DNA of 64,000 bases from Lingula anatina (Eukaryota; Animalia; Brachiopoda). The notes under the pieces were generated by a model that was given only the letters and a program-made list of their open reading frames with translations, ran no database searches and was not told the origin of the DNA. Where the stretch lies: assembly GCA_051362555.1 (NCBI GenBank), contig CM120640.1, forward strand, positions 2,976,001 through 3,040,000, in the 5' to 3' direction. How positions within the stretch are numbered: the stretch's first letter is position 1; each line of letters begins with the position of its first letter. Below, in pieces: positions 63,883-64,000 of the stretch. The position numbers and the translations under genes are program-made.

Positions 63883-64000
63883 GGTTTGAATCATAAAACT
63901 GATATTACCAAAGCCATTTATGTCCTTTTACTACCAGTTTAAGTCTATGTTAATTGGAAAAGAAGGCATTTTTCTCTGAAAAGTTAAAAACTGAAGCATG

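Noticed and set aside
63739-63896. Hydrophobic/IYIY C-terminus in the 479-aa ORF
   Set aside because: Read-through past the donor at 63739 into an intronic (AT)n repeat.

Overview
AT-rich animal genomic DNA, probably from a marine lophotrochozoan (mollusc, annelid or brachiopod; not resolvable from sequence alone). It has spliceosomal introns, microsatellites and many small DNA transposons. Five genes are supported. (1) The last five coding exons of CPSF6 (CFIm68) at 368-5627 (+), with a GC-AG intron, a 3'UTR intron and probably a long CpG-depleted 3' region to about 14.8 kb. (2) A 550-aa allatostatin-A/buccalin-type neuropeptide precursor in one coding exon at 37106-38758 (+), with 19 amidated peptide copies. 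(3) An intronless ORF at 46805-47413 (-) that reads as a stand-alone TMEM145/GPR180-type GOLD ectodomain, with a signal peptide and a GPI-like tail in place of the 7TM domain. (4) A 3-exon, 140-aa secreted Kazal protein with His/Pro/Gly-rich arms at 55093-56395 (+). (5) The first three exons (61493-63738, +) of a secreted Gly/Gln/Tyr/Pro-rich repeat proprotein with convertase sites, which runs off the window. Most short ORFs in the track are noise. All family assignments come from recalled motifs and manual reading, not database searches.
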